A stretch of 64,000 nucleotides of DNA, taken from Ranitomeya imitator. Lineage: Eukaryota. A model generated the notes under the pieces. The model was given only the letters and a program-made list of their open reading frames with translations, was not told the DNA's origin and did not search any database. Position 1 is the first letter of the stretch; the number at the start of each line of letters is the position of its first letter. The stretch spans positions 19,592,001 through 19,656,000 of the forward strand of contig NC_091285.1 of assembly GCF_032444005.1 (NCBI RefSeq). The letters are read 5' to 3'. This document shows positions 11,901 through 23,975 of the stretch, piece by piece. The position numbers and the translations under genes were made by a program.

Positions 11901-13849
11901 TGAGCACAAAGGTGCACCTGACAACAGATGCATGGACCAGTAGGCATGGCCAGGGACGTTACGTGTCCATCACGGCACACTGGGTAAATGTGGTGGATTC
12001 AGGGTCCACAGGGGACAGCAAGTTTGGGACAGTTCTGCCTAGCCCACGGTCTAGTAAACAGTTGTCTGTAGCCGTTCGCACCCCCTCCTCCTCCTCCTCC
12101 TCCTCGTCCTCCTGCAGAAGCAAGAGCTCGTCCACAGACCGCAGTCGCACAAACACTCCATCCGCACCTGCCACTGTTGCACACCAGGTCTCCCATTATG
12201 GGGCAGCTACTGGCATACGTCAGCAGGCTGTATTGGCTATGAAGTGTTTGGGCGACAATAGACACACCGCGGAAGTTCTGTCCGAGTTCTTGCAGCAAGA
12301 AACGCAGTCGTGGCTGGGCACTGTAGATCTTGAGGCAGGCAAGGTAGTGAGTGATAACGGAAGGAATTTCATGGCTGCCATCTCCCTTTCCCAACTGAAA
12401 CACATTCCTTGCCTGGCTCACACCTTAAACCTGGTGGTGCAGTGCTTCCTGAAAAGTTATCCGGGGTTATCCGACCTGCTCCTCAAAGTGCGTGGACTTT
12501 GCGCACATATCCGCCGTTCGCCTGTACACTCCAGCCGTATGCAGACCTATCAGCGTTCTTTGAACCTTCCCCAGCATCGCCTAATCATAGACGTTGCAAC
12601 AAGGTGGAACTCAACACTGCACATGCTTCAGAGACTGTGCGAACAGAGGCGGGCTGTTATGTTTTTGTGGGAGGATACACATACACGGGCAGGCAGTAGG
12701 ATGGCAGACATGGAGTTGTCAGGTGTGCAGTGGTCGAAGATTCAAGACATGTGTCAAGTCCTTCAGTGTTTTGAGGAATGCACACGGCTGGTTAGTGCAG
12801 ACAACGCCATAATAAGCATGAGCATCCCCCTAATGCGTCTGCTGATGCAAAGTTTGACGCACATAAAGGATCAGGCGTCTGCACCAGAGGAAGAGGAAAG
12901 CCTTGATGACAGTCAGCGATTGTCTGGTCAGGGCAGTGTACATGACGAGGTACCGGGCGAAGAGGAGGTGGAGGATGAGGAGGATGATGGGGATGAGTAT
13001 ATTTTTAATGAGGAAGCTTTCCCGGGGGCACGGGAAATTGGTGGCGTGGCAAGGCCGGGTTCTGGTTTTTTGAGGGACACAAGTGACGTAGATTTGCCTG
13101 CAACTGCCCCTCAACCAAGCACAACCGCAGATTTGACAACGGGAACTTTGGCCCACATGGCGGATTATGCCTTGCGTATCCTCAAAAGGGACACACGCAT
13201 TACAAAAATGATGAACGATGACGATTACTGGTTGGCCTGCCTCCTTGATCCTCGCTATAAAGGCAAATTGCAAAATATTATGCCACATGAGAACTTGGAA
13301 CTAATATTAGCAACAAAACAATCAACTCTTGTTGACCGTTTGCTTCTGGCATTCCCTGCACACAGCGCCCGTGATCGTTCTCACACGAGCTCCAGGGGCC
13401 AGCAGACCAGAGGTGTTAGAGGGGCAGAAATCAGAAGTGGCGTTGGCCAGAGGGGTTTTCTGACCAGGTTGTGGAGTGATTTTTCTATGACCGCAGACAG
13501 GACAGGTACTGCAGCATCAATTCAAAGTGACAGGAGACAACATTTGTCCAGTATGGTTACAAACTATTTTTCATCCCTTATCGACGTTCTCCCTCAAACG
13601 TCATTCCCATTTGATTACTGGGCATCCAAATTAGACACCTGGCCAGAATTGGCAGAATATGCATTGCAGGAGCTTGCTTGCCCGGCAGCTAGTGTCCTAT
13701 CAGAAAGAGTATTCAGTGCTGCAGGTTCAATACTAACAGAAAAAAGGACTCGTCTGGCTACCCAAAATGTAGATGATCTAACCTTCATTAAAATGAACCA
13801 CAACTGGATTTCAAAATCTTTTGCCCCACCCTGCCCGGCTGACACCTAG
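5955..13849 (+). pseudogene. hAT transposase (ZBED-like: BED zinc finger, DDE core, dimerisation domain), interrupted by the 437-bp array
   Basis: Joining 5955-6958 to 11275-13849 restores one 1192-aa ORF. BED finger SAVWHFF...CQKCSTSLSRG|QNLKSLNTSCMHRHLTTMH, then LTTDAWTS, VSDNG, CLAH, TRWNST and SERVFS motifs, all present. Confidence 0.93.
6959..11263. repeat. Fold-back tandem array of a 437-bp unit (3.83 units, a 1-nt apex at 8634, then 6 inverted units)
   Basis: Identical 67-aa ORFs recur every 437 bp on minus (7336, 7773, 8210) and then on plus (8855-10603). Apex caattatggaaac-t-gtttccataattg. Flanked by a duplicated TTCCTTAAGCAGAGG at 6944-6958 and 11260-11274. Confidence 0.97.
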
Positions 13850-14299
13850 CTTTCCTATGAAAAGGTCTTGCCTGTGGACTATTCTGAATGACTTTTCCAA
13901 TCTCGTAATTTTCTTCACCTGATTGTCCAGCATACGACATGTTTCCACCTCACGAAATGGCCAAACTCCCCACACGGGGTCGTGCTATCGCCACTTTGCG
14001 CTTGGACCCTTGAGAGTGCTGTTTGTCTGAAGAGGTGGGTGAGCCCGCTTTTGGTCGACGGCACTGCCACTGGGTCCCTCATAGTACAATAAAGTGTCTC
14101 TGGCGGTGGTGGTGCGCACCCAACGTCAGACTCACCGTTGTAATATGAGGGGCCCTGTGCCTGTACCGCCGGCCACAAGCCAGTTCCCCCCCCCCCCAGC
14201 TCAAACAGTGCTCTACCACTAGCAAAATTATCTCTCACAGCTTCACCAATGTGTAGTCTAGGCGCTGACATCCTTCAATGCCTGGCACTGACAATACCA

Positions 14300-17200
14300 T
14301 TGTTTTGACATTTTTGTTATGTTAGGCCTTCGAAGCCTGTCTGCGGTCACTCCTTCCACTAGACTTCCACTGACCAGACCACTGCTGCCCGTGTACCCCT
14401 GGAACCAATTTAAAATTGCCTACAGCCATGTGTTAATATTTTAGGCCTTCGATGCCTGTCTGTGGTCACTCCTTCCACTAGGCCTCCACTGACCACACCA
14501 CTGCTGCCCGTGTACCCCTGGAACCAATTTAAAATTGCCTACAGCCATGTGTGATTATTTTAGGCCTTCGATGCCTGTCTGCGGTCACTCCTTCCACTAG
14601 GCCTCCACTGACCTGTCTACTGCGGCCCGTGTACCCCTTGAACCAACCTAATAAAATATTTAAAAAATTAATTTGATTATAAAAAATAAGATCGTGTTGA
14701 GATCTCAAATGCAGACATTTTAACATTAAAAACAAACACACAACAAAAATCTGGAACTGTACTAAAAAGGTCCACCAGCTACAATTACTTTCTCCTGCAA
14801 GAAGTTAACTGAAAGGTTTTTTTGGAGTTGTTAACACAGATATGGCATCCACCGAGTGTTGTCCTGTCGCGTCTCCTTTAAATTATTTCCAATAAGATGT
14901 TAAACTATTAATTTAATAAAATCAATAATTAAAAAAATAATTGAGTAAGTCAAAAGCACATTGCAAATAAACATTAATTACAAATCAAGAAGCATGGCGC
15001 GTCCGAGGGTGAGTAGATACCGAATAAGAATATAATCACCCTCGGGCGCGCAATGCTTATTTACAACAGCCTTCCTTCCTAAGAATCAGCCCTTCCGTGG
15101 TGTAGAGAGAGGTTGTTGTTACACTCCAAGGTGTTCCCCAGGTTGCCTTTCCTGAGCTTCGATCTTCCGGCTCTCGTTTAGTAGCTGTTGGAAACTACGC
15201 TGCATTAGGCCTACAAATTGTGTATGGGTGAAACAGTGGCGCATCTGCGGTCCCTCCTTCCACTAGGCCTCCACTGACCTGTCTACTGCTGCCCGTGTAC
15301 CCCTTGAACCAACATCTTAAAATAAAAAAATAATTATTTTGATTATAAAAAAGAAGATACTGGTGAGATCTCAAATGCAGACATTTTAACATTGAAAACA
15401 AACACACAACAAAAATCTGGAACTGTACTAAAAAGGTCCACCAGCTACAATTACTTTCTCCTGCAAGAAGTTAACTGAAAGGTTTTTTTGGAGTTGTTAA
15501 CACAGATATGGCATCCACCGAGTGTTGTCCTGTCGCGTCTCCTTTAAATTATTTCCAATAAGATGTTAAACTATTAATTTAATAAAATCAATAATTAAAA
15601 AAATAATTGAGTAAGTCAAAAGCACATTGCAAATAAACATTAATTACAAATCAAGAAGCATGGCGCGTCCGAGGGTGAGTAGATACCGAATAAGAATATA
15701 ATCACCCTCGGGCGCGCAATGCTTATTTACAACAGCCTTCCTTCCTAAGAATCAGCCCTTCCGTGGTGTAGAGAGAGGTTGTTGTTACACTCCAAGGTGT
15801 TCCCCAGGTTGCCTTTCCTGAGCTTCGATCTTCCGGCTCTCGTTTAGTAGCTGTTGGAAACTACGCTGCATTAGGCCTACAAATTGTGTATGGGTGAAAC
15901 AGTGGCGCATCTGCGGTCCCTCCTTCCACTAGGCCTCCACTGACCTGTCTACTGCTGCCCGTGTACCCCTTGAACCAACATCTTAAAATAAAAAAATAAT
16001 TATTTTGATTATAAAAAAGAAGATACTGGTGAGATCTCAAATGCAGACATTTTAACATTAAAAACAAACACACAACAAAAATCTGGAACTGTACTAAAAA
16101 GGTCCACCAGCTACAATTACTTTCTCCTGCAAGAAGTTAACTGAAAGGTTTTTTTGGAGTTGTTAACACAGATATGGCATCCACCGACTGTTGTCCTGTC
16201 GCGTCTTCTTTATATTATTGCCAAGAAGATGTTAAACAATGAAATTAATAAAATCAATAATTACAAAAATAATCGAGTAAGTCAAAAGCACATTGCAAAT
16301 AAACATTCATTACAAATAAAGAAGCAGGGCGCGTCCGAGGGTGAGTATATACCTACTAAGAATATAATCACCCTCGGACGCGCAATGCTTATTTCCAACA
16401 GCCTTCCTTCCTAAGAATCAGCCCTTCCGTGGTGTAGAGAGAGGTTGTGTTACACTCCAAGGTGTTCCCCAGGTTGCCTTTCCTGAGCTTCGATCTTCCG
16501 GCTCTCGTTTAGTAGGTGTCGGAAAGTAGGCTGCATTAGGCCTAAAAAATGGGGAATGGGGTGGAGAGAGATGGTGTGTTACACTCCAAGGTGTTCTCCA
16601 GGTTTCCTCGCCATTGCTTCGATCTTCCGACTCTCGTTTAGTAGTTGTAGAAAACTACACTGCATTAGGCCTACAAAATGGGTATCGGGTGGAGAGAGAT
16701 GGTGTGTTACACTCCAAGGTGTTCCCCAGGTTTCCTTGCCATTGCTTCGGTCTTCCGACTCTCGTTTAGTAGTTGTAGAAAAGTACACAGCATTAGGCCT
16801 ACAAAATGGGTATGGGGTGGAGAGAGATGGTGTGTTACACTCCAAGGTGTTCCCCAGGTTGCCTTTCCTGAGCTTCTATCTTCAGGCTCTCATTAAATTG
16901 TGGTTAAATGGAACAACTGCATTTGGCGTACTAGTTGGTTTGGGGCCTACTATCGGTGTCTGCCACTCCTTGCTGTTCTCCTGGTTTCCTGTCCTGAAAT
17001 TCCATTTTCAGCCTCTCGTTAAGTAGTTGTTAATGTTAGACTGCATTTGGCCTACTAGTTGGGTTGGGGCCTACTATCGGTGTCTGCCACTCCTTGCTGT
17101 TCTCCTCCACTGAACAAAGCTGTGCCGCCTGTTTACTACGGTTGCCAATTTTGAACTGCATTTCGACTACTTACTGATTTGGCCCTACTCTCTGTGTCAG

Positions 17201-17300
17201 CCTCTCATTCCAGTTGTCCTCCACTGCAATGCCCCCTGGTTATTCCTGTGTTACCAATTTTGAACTGCATTTAGCCCACTTTATTCTTTGGGCCTATATC
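14300..17300 (+). repeat. 3' subterminal repeats of the hAT element, including a 666-bp triplication and about 120-bp units
   Basis: Near-identical ORF-track hits at 14529, 15195 and 15861 (period 666). Shorter units ccttccactaggcctccactgacc and ggagagagatggtgtgttacactccaagg recur. Confidence 0.85.
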
Positions 17301-18152
17301 TGTGTTTCCACTTCATCGTGCCCATTGCCCAGCCAGTGATAGATGAGTCTGCTGGTACATTGACCCATAACGCAACATTCCCCGTGCACGCTACACAACA
17401 ACATTGTGACCCTGCTGAAAGTCAGGTTGCTCTTCCCGCATACCATACCACCTTACACGGGGACAAAGAGGAAGGTGCAGATGAAAGTGCAGGTTCCTTC
17501 ATCAGGTGGGGGGAGGAATACTAGTTGGCGACGTCACTGGCACAGGGCCTCTCATAGTACGCAAAAGTGTTGCTGCCGGTGGGAGGCGCCCCCGCCGTGC
17601 AAACACACCGCTGTACTTTGAGGGGCCCTGTGCCAGTGCCAATGCCAACGAGTGGGCCCCCCCTGCTTGCTCAGGATCACAGCACTTGCAAAGTTGAAAT
17701 ACTTACCTCTCCCTGCTCCACTGCCGTGACGTGGTCCAGATTTACTGGGCCCACTAATTACTTGAACCAGCCCTACCCCCCACAACTTTAGCCAAATGAC
17801 CCCCAATTTCAAATGCCTTCCAATTATTTTAAGGTAAATTACGCTTGACAAGCTTCATTAAGAAGAATGGATGGTTTTGACATTAAAATGGGCACTCTAG
17901 GTGTTTTCCTGGCCCCCACTCACTGCCGACTATGCTGCCCCATTGACTTGCATTGGGTTTCGTGTTTCGGTCGATCCCGACTTTACGTCATAATCGGCCG
18001 ATTTCACTCGACCCGACTTTGGACATAGTCGGGTTTCGCAAAACCCGGCTCGACTCTAAAAAGGTCAAGGTCGCTCAACTCTAGTAAAGACCCATAGAAT
18101 AAGCTCCTTTTATAAAATTATTGTACTCAGGGCTTTTGAGTCCGTCCTCATC

Positions 18153-19328
18153 GTGCAGTCCCGTCTGGCTGCTGGTAAGCTTGTTTTTTATCGTCGCTTC
18201 ATAGACAATCTCTTTTTAATTTGGACAGGCACTGAATTGGAAGCCCTTGAATTTGTTCACAGTCTCAACTCTAATTCTTGGGGTCTTACCTCCACAGCTA
18301 ATTTCTCACGCTCCTCAATTCAATTTTTAGATCTAATGGTACATGTTGACACTGAGGGCTTTTTCTCCACCACTACACACTTTAAAAAGGTGGATGTGAA
18401 TAGTTACTTGAATTTTAATAGTGGACACCTTCCCAAATGGATCCTTAACGTCCCGTATGGGCAGCATTGGCGCATAAGAAAAAATTGCACAAGAGACAAG
18501 GATTTTTTTGAAGAGCAACGTTTTTTACAGAAAGGCTACCCTAAAAAACTGGTTCAAGATGCCCTTTCTAAAACAGGAATATTGTCCAAATATGAATGTA
18601 TACAGAAAATTAAAAGTAAAACTAGTAGGGGTGCTAAATCTGTGACCTCTGAATTTGCCAAGTGGAGCTTGGTTACAACTTTTAATCAATCTCATGCTAC
18701 TATCCAAAGACTTTTGAAAAAATATTGGTTCATATTGGAAGGTGACCCGATATTCTCAGGTCACATCCCTACCCACCCCAGAATAATTTATAGGCGGAAT
18801 CGCACACTCCGCAACCTAGTTGCACCCAGCAATACAGTTATTAGCCCCAGTGCCACATCCGCGACCCAGCTAACAAAAAATCCCAGCTGTTTTGCTTGCA
18901 GATCTGCAAAATGTCTGTGTTGTAACTCCATCAGAAATGGTGTTAAAGAATTCACATCCAATACTACTAATATTAATTACAGAATCAACTACCATGTTAA
19001 CTGTCAATCCTCATTTGTAGTATATCTAATAGAATGCGGATCTGGGCTCCAATATGTTGGACGGACTATACAGACCATGCACGCAAGACTGAAGAAGCAT
19101 CGCCAAAATATTAGGAATGGTTTTATGTTGCATAGCCTATCAAAGCATTTTTTAACCAAGCACCAAAAAAATTTAGAATCTCTGAAACTGACGATTATAG
19201 ATTTTATACCAGAAAATGTATCTGATCGGTATGGGAGCTTGATTAATAGGGAAAGTTTCTGGATTTTTAAGTTGGGGACTCTGGCGCCTGAAGGGTTAAA
19301 TCTTACTATTGAAAGGGTTAACAAGTGA
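18153..19328 (+). pseudogene. Penelope-like RT C-terminus and GIY-YIG endonuclease (5' truncated)
   Basis: YRRFIDNLFLIW (YxDD-like motif, last D changed to N), linker LLKKYWFILEGDP...RRNRTLRNLV, CxxxxCxxC, VVYLIEC...YVGRT...RLKKH, LAPEGLN. Confidence 0.85.
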
Positions 19329-19604
19329 TCTCTCTGTTTTTAATCATTTTTATAGTGTTTTTATAGTGTATTTTATTATATGTTGTCTTATTTTTGCTTT
19401 TTACCATGTTTTATATTTTAATCAGGTCTAGGGGCTTTATTTAATCTTTTTTTATATATACATAGTTTTGTTCCTATTGTGTTTTTACCATGTGACCTTA
19501 CTATTTTATCATTTGATTTGTTCTTATCATGTGACCTGCTGACTATGAATTTTAGTGGTTGCTATTTGTTTAAATACCCCTTCCTGCTCTCCTTTAATAA
19601 ACTT

Positions 19605-19645
19605 CCACCTGATGAAGACGGTTTAACTGTTGAAACGCGTTGTGG
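19605..19645 (+). ncRNA. Minimal type I hammerhead ribozyme in the Penelope pLTR
   Basis: CCAC-CTGATGA-a-gacggt/tta/actgtt-GAAA-CGCG-TT-GTGG. Stem I ccac/gtgg, intact core, palindromic stem III, GUU triplet. Confidence 0.8.
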
Positions 19646-20016
19646 TTCAACACTAAAATCCTTGTTTTGGTCTCATTTCCAGCGCTCCTAGGACCGTTAT
19701 TACTATTTACAGCTATGCGTTTATGTCATAGTTTTACAATCAATTTATGTCATTTTGCGTGAACCCTTTCCCCACCATGATGTATATTTATGTAAAATTT
19801 CATGAAGGGGTTAATAAAAAAATAAATAACCCATTAAAGGAAGTGATACATTTCTGTAATTAGGGTCTTTGCCCCTAAATCATGATTCTCTCAGAGGGGT
19901 ATAAAAAATCTCGTGCCAGATTATTCAAGAAGTTAAGTGAATGGGTGCAACTATAACATTGCTAAGTATTGAGTAATAGACACTTTCAGTTTCATTTCTT
20001 CCTTCTTCCGTCAGCC

Positions 20017-21624
20017 ATGGCGTCTGCTGATCTGAGGGAAGAGCTGCTCTGCTCCATCTGTCTGAGCACTTATACAGATCCTGTAATGCTGAGATGTGGA
20101 CACAACTTCTGCCGGGTCTGTATTGGTCGTGTGCTGGATACACAGGACGAGTCTGGAATTTATTCCTGTCCTGTATGCAGAGAAGAGTTTCAGCAGCGGC
20201 CGACACTGATGAGGAACTTATATCTTCATAATGTCGCAGAACGTTTCCTGATTACTCAGCAAGAACAAGAGGAGATCACCGGGATCTGCTGCACTTACTG
20301 TGTGGACTCTCCGGTACCTGCTGTTAGATCCTGTCTACACTGTGAGGCTTTTCTGTGTGATAAACACCTGAGATCTCACAGCAAATCACCAGAACACGTC
20401 TTATCTGATCCCAGCACTTCTCTGGAGAAAAGGAAATGTTCTGTCCATAAAAAGATCCTGGAATATTACTGCACTGAGGACGCTGCTTGTATCTGTGTGT
20501 CCTGCAGTTTGGCCGGAGAACATCGGGGACACCAGGTGGAGATACTGAATGAGGCCTCAGAGAAGAAGAAGAAGAAATGGAGAAATGTTCTGCAGAAACT
20601 GATCACAAAGAGAGAGAAGACTAAGGAAAGAGTCCGGAGTCTGGAGGAGCAGAGGAGAAAAGCTCAAGAAAAAGCAGCTGGAGAAGCCGAGAGAGTCACT
20701 GCCCTGTGTACAGACATCAGGAGACGGGTGGACGACCTGGAGAAGATGGTCCTGAGTGAGATCTCCAGGCAGGAGAAGGAAGAGTCACTGTCACTGTCTG
20801 CTCTGATCCATCAGCTGGAAATAAAGAAGGACGAGCTGTCCAGGAAGATGAGACACATTGAGGAGCTGTGTAACATGATGGATCCACTGACTGTCTTACA
20901 GGAACCAGACACCGGTGACTTGTGTGATCCTGAGGAGGAGGGAGGTGATGAGGACACAGGAGGACATGATAAACAGCCCCATGATGGAGATGACCTGGAT
21001 GTGGCTGTGATCTCACACACATTACACACATTATGTGAGGTAATATCAGGTATAAGGAGCGGGATCTATGTGGTGAGTCCTGCAGACATATTACTGGATG
21101 TAACCACAGCTGATAATAATGTCCGTATATCAGACGACCTGAAAACTGCAACCTGGACAGAAGAGAATCAGAAACGTCTTGAAACAGCAGAGAGATTCCA
21201 GAAATATAATCAGGTGATGAGCAGGAGAGGATTTACCTCAGGACGACATTACTGGGATGTGGAGACCAGGAGATCAGGGTGGTCAATAGTGGGGATGTGT
21301 TATCCCAGTATAGACAGGAGGGGAGGTCAGTCACTGATTGGAAATAATAACAAGTCCTGGAGTTTGTGGAGATCTAATAATCAGTATTCAGTGAGACATG
21401 ACAGTAAAGAGATCTGGTTACCTGACAAGATCTCCAGTGATAGAGTCAGGATATATCTGGATTATGAGGCCGGGCAGTTGTCCTTTTATGAGCTGTGTGA
21501 CCCCATCAGACACTTACACACCTTCACTGCCACCTTCTCCGAGCCCCTTCATGCTATATTATATGTATATGAAGGTTCTATAAAGATATTAGGGGGAAGA
21601 AGTAACTGGGTGAAACCACTATAA
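20017..21624 (+). CDS. TRIM E3 ubiquitin ligase, 535 aa (RING-Bbox1-Bbox2-CC-PRY/SPRY), single coding exon
   Basis: CSIC...CGHNFCRVC...CPVC RING, CTYC...CLHC...CDKH B-box1, CSVH...C B-box2, PRY-SPRY. ATG in gccATGG context; the TTG start at 19969 in the ORF track is an upstream in-frame extension. Confidence 0.95.
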   Translation: MASADLREELLCSICLSTYTDPVMLRCGHNFCRVCIGRVLDTQDESGIYSCPVCREEFQQRPTLMRNLYLHNVAERFLITQQEQEEITGICCTYCVDSPVPAVRSCLHCEAFLCDKHLRSHSKSPEHVLSDPSTSLEKRKCSVHKKILEYYCTEDAACICVSCSLAGEHRGHQVEILNEASEKKKKKWRNVLQKLITKREKTKERVRSLEEQRRKAQEKAAGEAERVTALCTDIRRRVDDLEKMVLSEISRQEKEESLSLSALIHQLEIKKDELSRKMRHIEELCNMMDPLTVLQEPDTGDLCDPEEEGGDEDTGGHDKQPHDGDDLDVAVISHTLHTLCEVISGIRSGIYVVSPADILLDVTTADNNVRISDDLKTATWTEENQKRLETAERFQKYNQVMSRRGFTSGRHYWDVETRRSGWSIVGMCYPSIDRRGGQSLIGNNNKSWSLWRSNNQYSVRHDSKEIWLPDKISSDRVRIYLDYEAGQLSFYELCDPIRHLHTFTATFSEPLHAILYVYEGSIKILGGRSNWVKPL

Positions 21625-23975
21625 CGTGATAGATCCATTGATACGATAGAGAAAATCTCAGATTTGTTGCAGTTAAATGTTTTAGATCATTCAACTAATT
21701 GTAGTATGAAATAAAGACAAGCTTAAAGATCAAAATGTGTTAAAATTCCAAGTGTTTGCCCCTTATAACTAATAACTGGTTATATATCTGCAATGATTCT
21801 TTTATTGAGAATTAATATTTAGCACACTCTTTGCATAATTGTTTTAATTCTACTATTCTGGAGGGTTTTCTCACATGAACTTCCCGATTCTGTCCTGTAA
21901 CAGTAACAATATCTCGAGGGTTATTATATATGATGTATTTTTTTGAAATAACAAAAAAAAAACTGTTCAGAATAAAGTACCGGCAAATTAAATTAGATAT
22001 TTGAAATGTTATGTGCACGATGCCTCATTTTCCGCTTGTAACTTGAACGGTGCAAATGTTTAAAATTTACCATGTCCATTGTTTCTGCATTTTGCTGCAT
22101 TTTTGCGGTCATAGACATCAATGTGGAGCCCATTTTCTGAATAAAATAAGTGTTGCTCTAATGATTTCTACATGAAGTGATATAAAATATAAAAAATATA
22201 TAAAAATATGTAAGAAAATTAAAAAAATAGAAAAAAGTGTCACTTTCTAGAGAAAGGAAATGTGATATCACAGGAGCAAGAAGCAACAATCCAGCAGGAA
22301 TATAAAATGTTGAACATTAAAAAAAAATTCAAATACAAAATTTACTTGCAGATTTTCATGAGTTTTATGCATTTTGTAAGTTGAAAAAAAAAACACATAA
22401 AAAATCCATTGCATACATTGACCCAAATAGGGTCAGTATTCGAATTGCCCATTCTTTATTTTCTTTTAGAAGTGTCCTTATTGCTTTGATTCAGTCTACC
22501 GTCCGACAACTTAACCCAACGGTCCTTGATCTTTATTAGAGATGAAGAAATATGTTTGGAAAACGATCGCCAACATAAATTCGGCACAAATATGGCACAT
22601 TCGGAATCATGAGCATTTTTGTCTTATATTAATTCGGTAAAAAGTGCAGGAAAATAATTGCGTTGCCACTAAAGTATTTTCAGCACTTTGGCTAGGATAG
22701 TGGTGGTGTATGATGAGCGGGGGGCACATGTTTGATGAGGGGAGGGGGTGGGGAGAGCTCAGAGGATCTGAGTGCTTGTAATTTTTTTTTCTAACTTTAT
22801 GTATTCAAATTACGGCTAGCCAATCAGGGTGCAGGAAACATCCACAATGTCCAGACACAAGGGCTGGTGCCATTGGCTGCTGAAATCACATGTCTCTCTC
22901 GATATAAAGAGCGGACATCTTGTTTTAGCGCCATTTTGTCACTATAACAGTGCAGAGAGGCTGCTCCTGACGCTAGTCCTCGGTGCTGATAGATTTTAGC
23001 TAGTTAGCTAGGCGGTTGTTTCTAAGTCAGATAATTTAGCTAGCTAGTGTCCTGTGTGGCTGTGAAATCGACCATCCAGCAGATTTTTTTTTCTAGCGCC
23101 ATTAGTGAGGTCCACAGGCAAAGACAGCAGGGCACATTTCATAGAAGTGTGTTGTGCGTTGCTCCTATTGTGCTCCATGCAGTAATAGACCATTAAAAAT
23201 CTATGTTTTTCAGTGCTAACGTGATTCAGCAAAGCATATGTCACCTTGTCATTTATAGCTGCTGAACTTCATCTTTGTGCAGAGTAAGAAAGTAGGAATT
23301 AGGCTGCTTTAACACATCAGTTTTTTGCCGTCAGGCTCAATCCAGCAAATCTTGAAAAAAACAGATCTGACGAATGATGCTGCCATATCCGTTTTTTTTC
23401 TCATAGGCTTGTATTAGCGATGGATGACCTCACGTTTCATCCGTCGTTCGCCAGATCCGTGGAAAACGGACAAAGTAAAGTTTTTTGTCTCCGGCAAAAA
23501 AACGGACAGTGCCGTTTGCTAGAATGGAAGCCTATGGGCGCCGGAAGGTGCCGGATCCGTCACATGACGGAATCCGGAGTCGGATTCTGTTTTTTTAACT
23601 GCGCATGCTCAGATACAATTGGCCAGCCCCCAATTAGGAAAGGTGTATATAAAGCCTGCTATGTAGGGCTTCACTCATCCATTTACCAGCCAGCCAGCAA
23701 GACGCAGACCTGCTGCCAGAGCTTAAACCTTCCCCAGGCCAGCCAGCCACAGCTTGCCAGCAGCCAGCCACAGCCTGCCAGCCACAGCCTACCAGCCACA
23801 GCCTACCAGCCACAGCCTACCAGCCACAGCCTGCCAGCCACAGCCTACCAGCCACAGCCTGCCAGCCACAGCCTGCCAGCCACAGCATGTCTTCTTCTGG
23901 CAGCCCTCCCCCGCGTCATCAGCGCTGTGAGGTAAATATTTTTCTTTTGTTTTTTCTCTTTTTGGTGATGTTCAC
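21625..23975 (+). repeat. TRIM 3' flank type A, duplicated at about 36250-40537
   Basis: Collinear homology by eye. The second copy has a Tc1 (36775) and a MITE (39534) that are absent here, with empty sites at about 22146 (TA) and 23299 (TTA). Confidence 0.9.
22537..23298 (+). mobile_element. Degenerate hAT-related element 5' end (also at 38774-39530)
   Basis: Starts tagagatga(a/g), like the TAG(A/G)GTTGAGCG terminus at 2169. CCAAT, TATA and gccatttt layout resembles 2330-2480. Confidence 0.4.

Larger units (their letters stand above)
2169..18083 (+). mobile_element. Full-length hAT DNA transposon (15.9 kb)
   Basis: Termini TAGGGTTGAGCGA (2169) and TCGCTCAACTCTA (18071-18083) are inverted repeats with 1 mismatch. 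Perfect 8-bp TSD GTAAAGAC at 2161-2168 and 18084-18091. Internal BED/DDE transposase. Confidence 0.97.
18092..19730 (+). mobile_element. 5'-truncated Penelope-like retroelement with pLTR (end approximate)
   Basis: RT C-terminus plus GIY-YIG ORF, followed by an AT-rich UTR, aataaa and a hammerhead motif. Confidence 0.85.

Noticed and set aside
19969-20016. 16-aa N-terminal extension of the first full TRIM
   Set aside because: It begins at TTG and overlaps a pyrimidine tract and acceptor. Paralogues start at the gccATGG equivalent to 20017.
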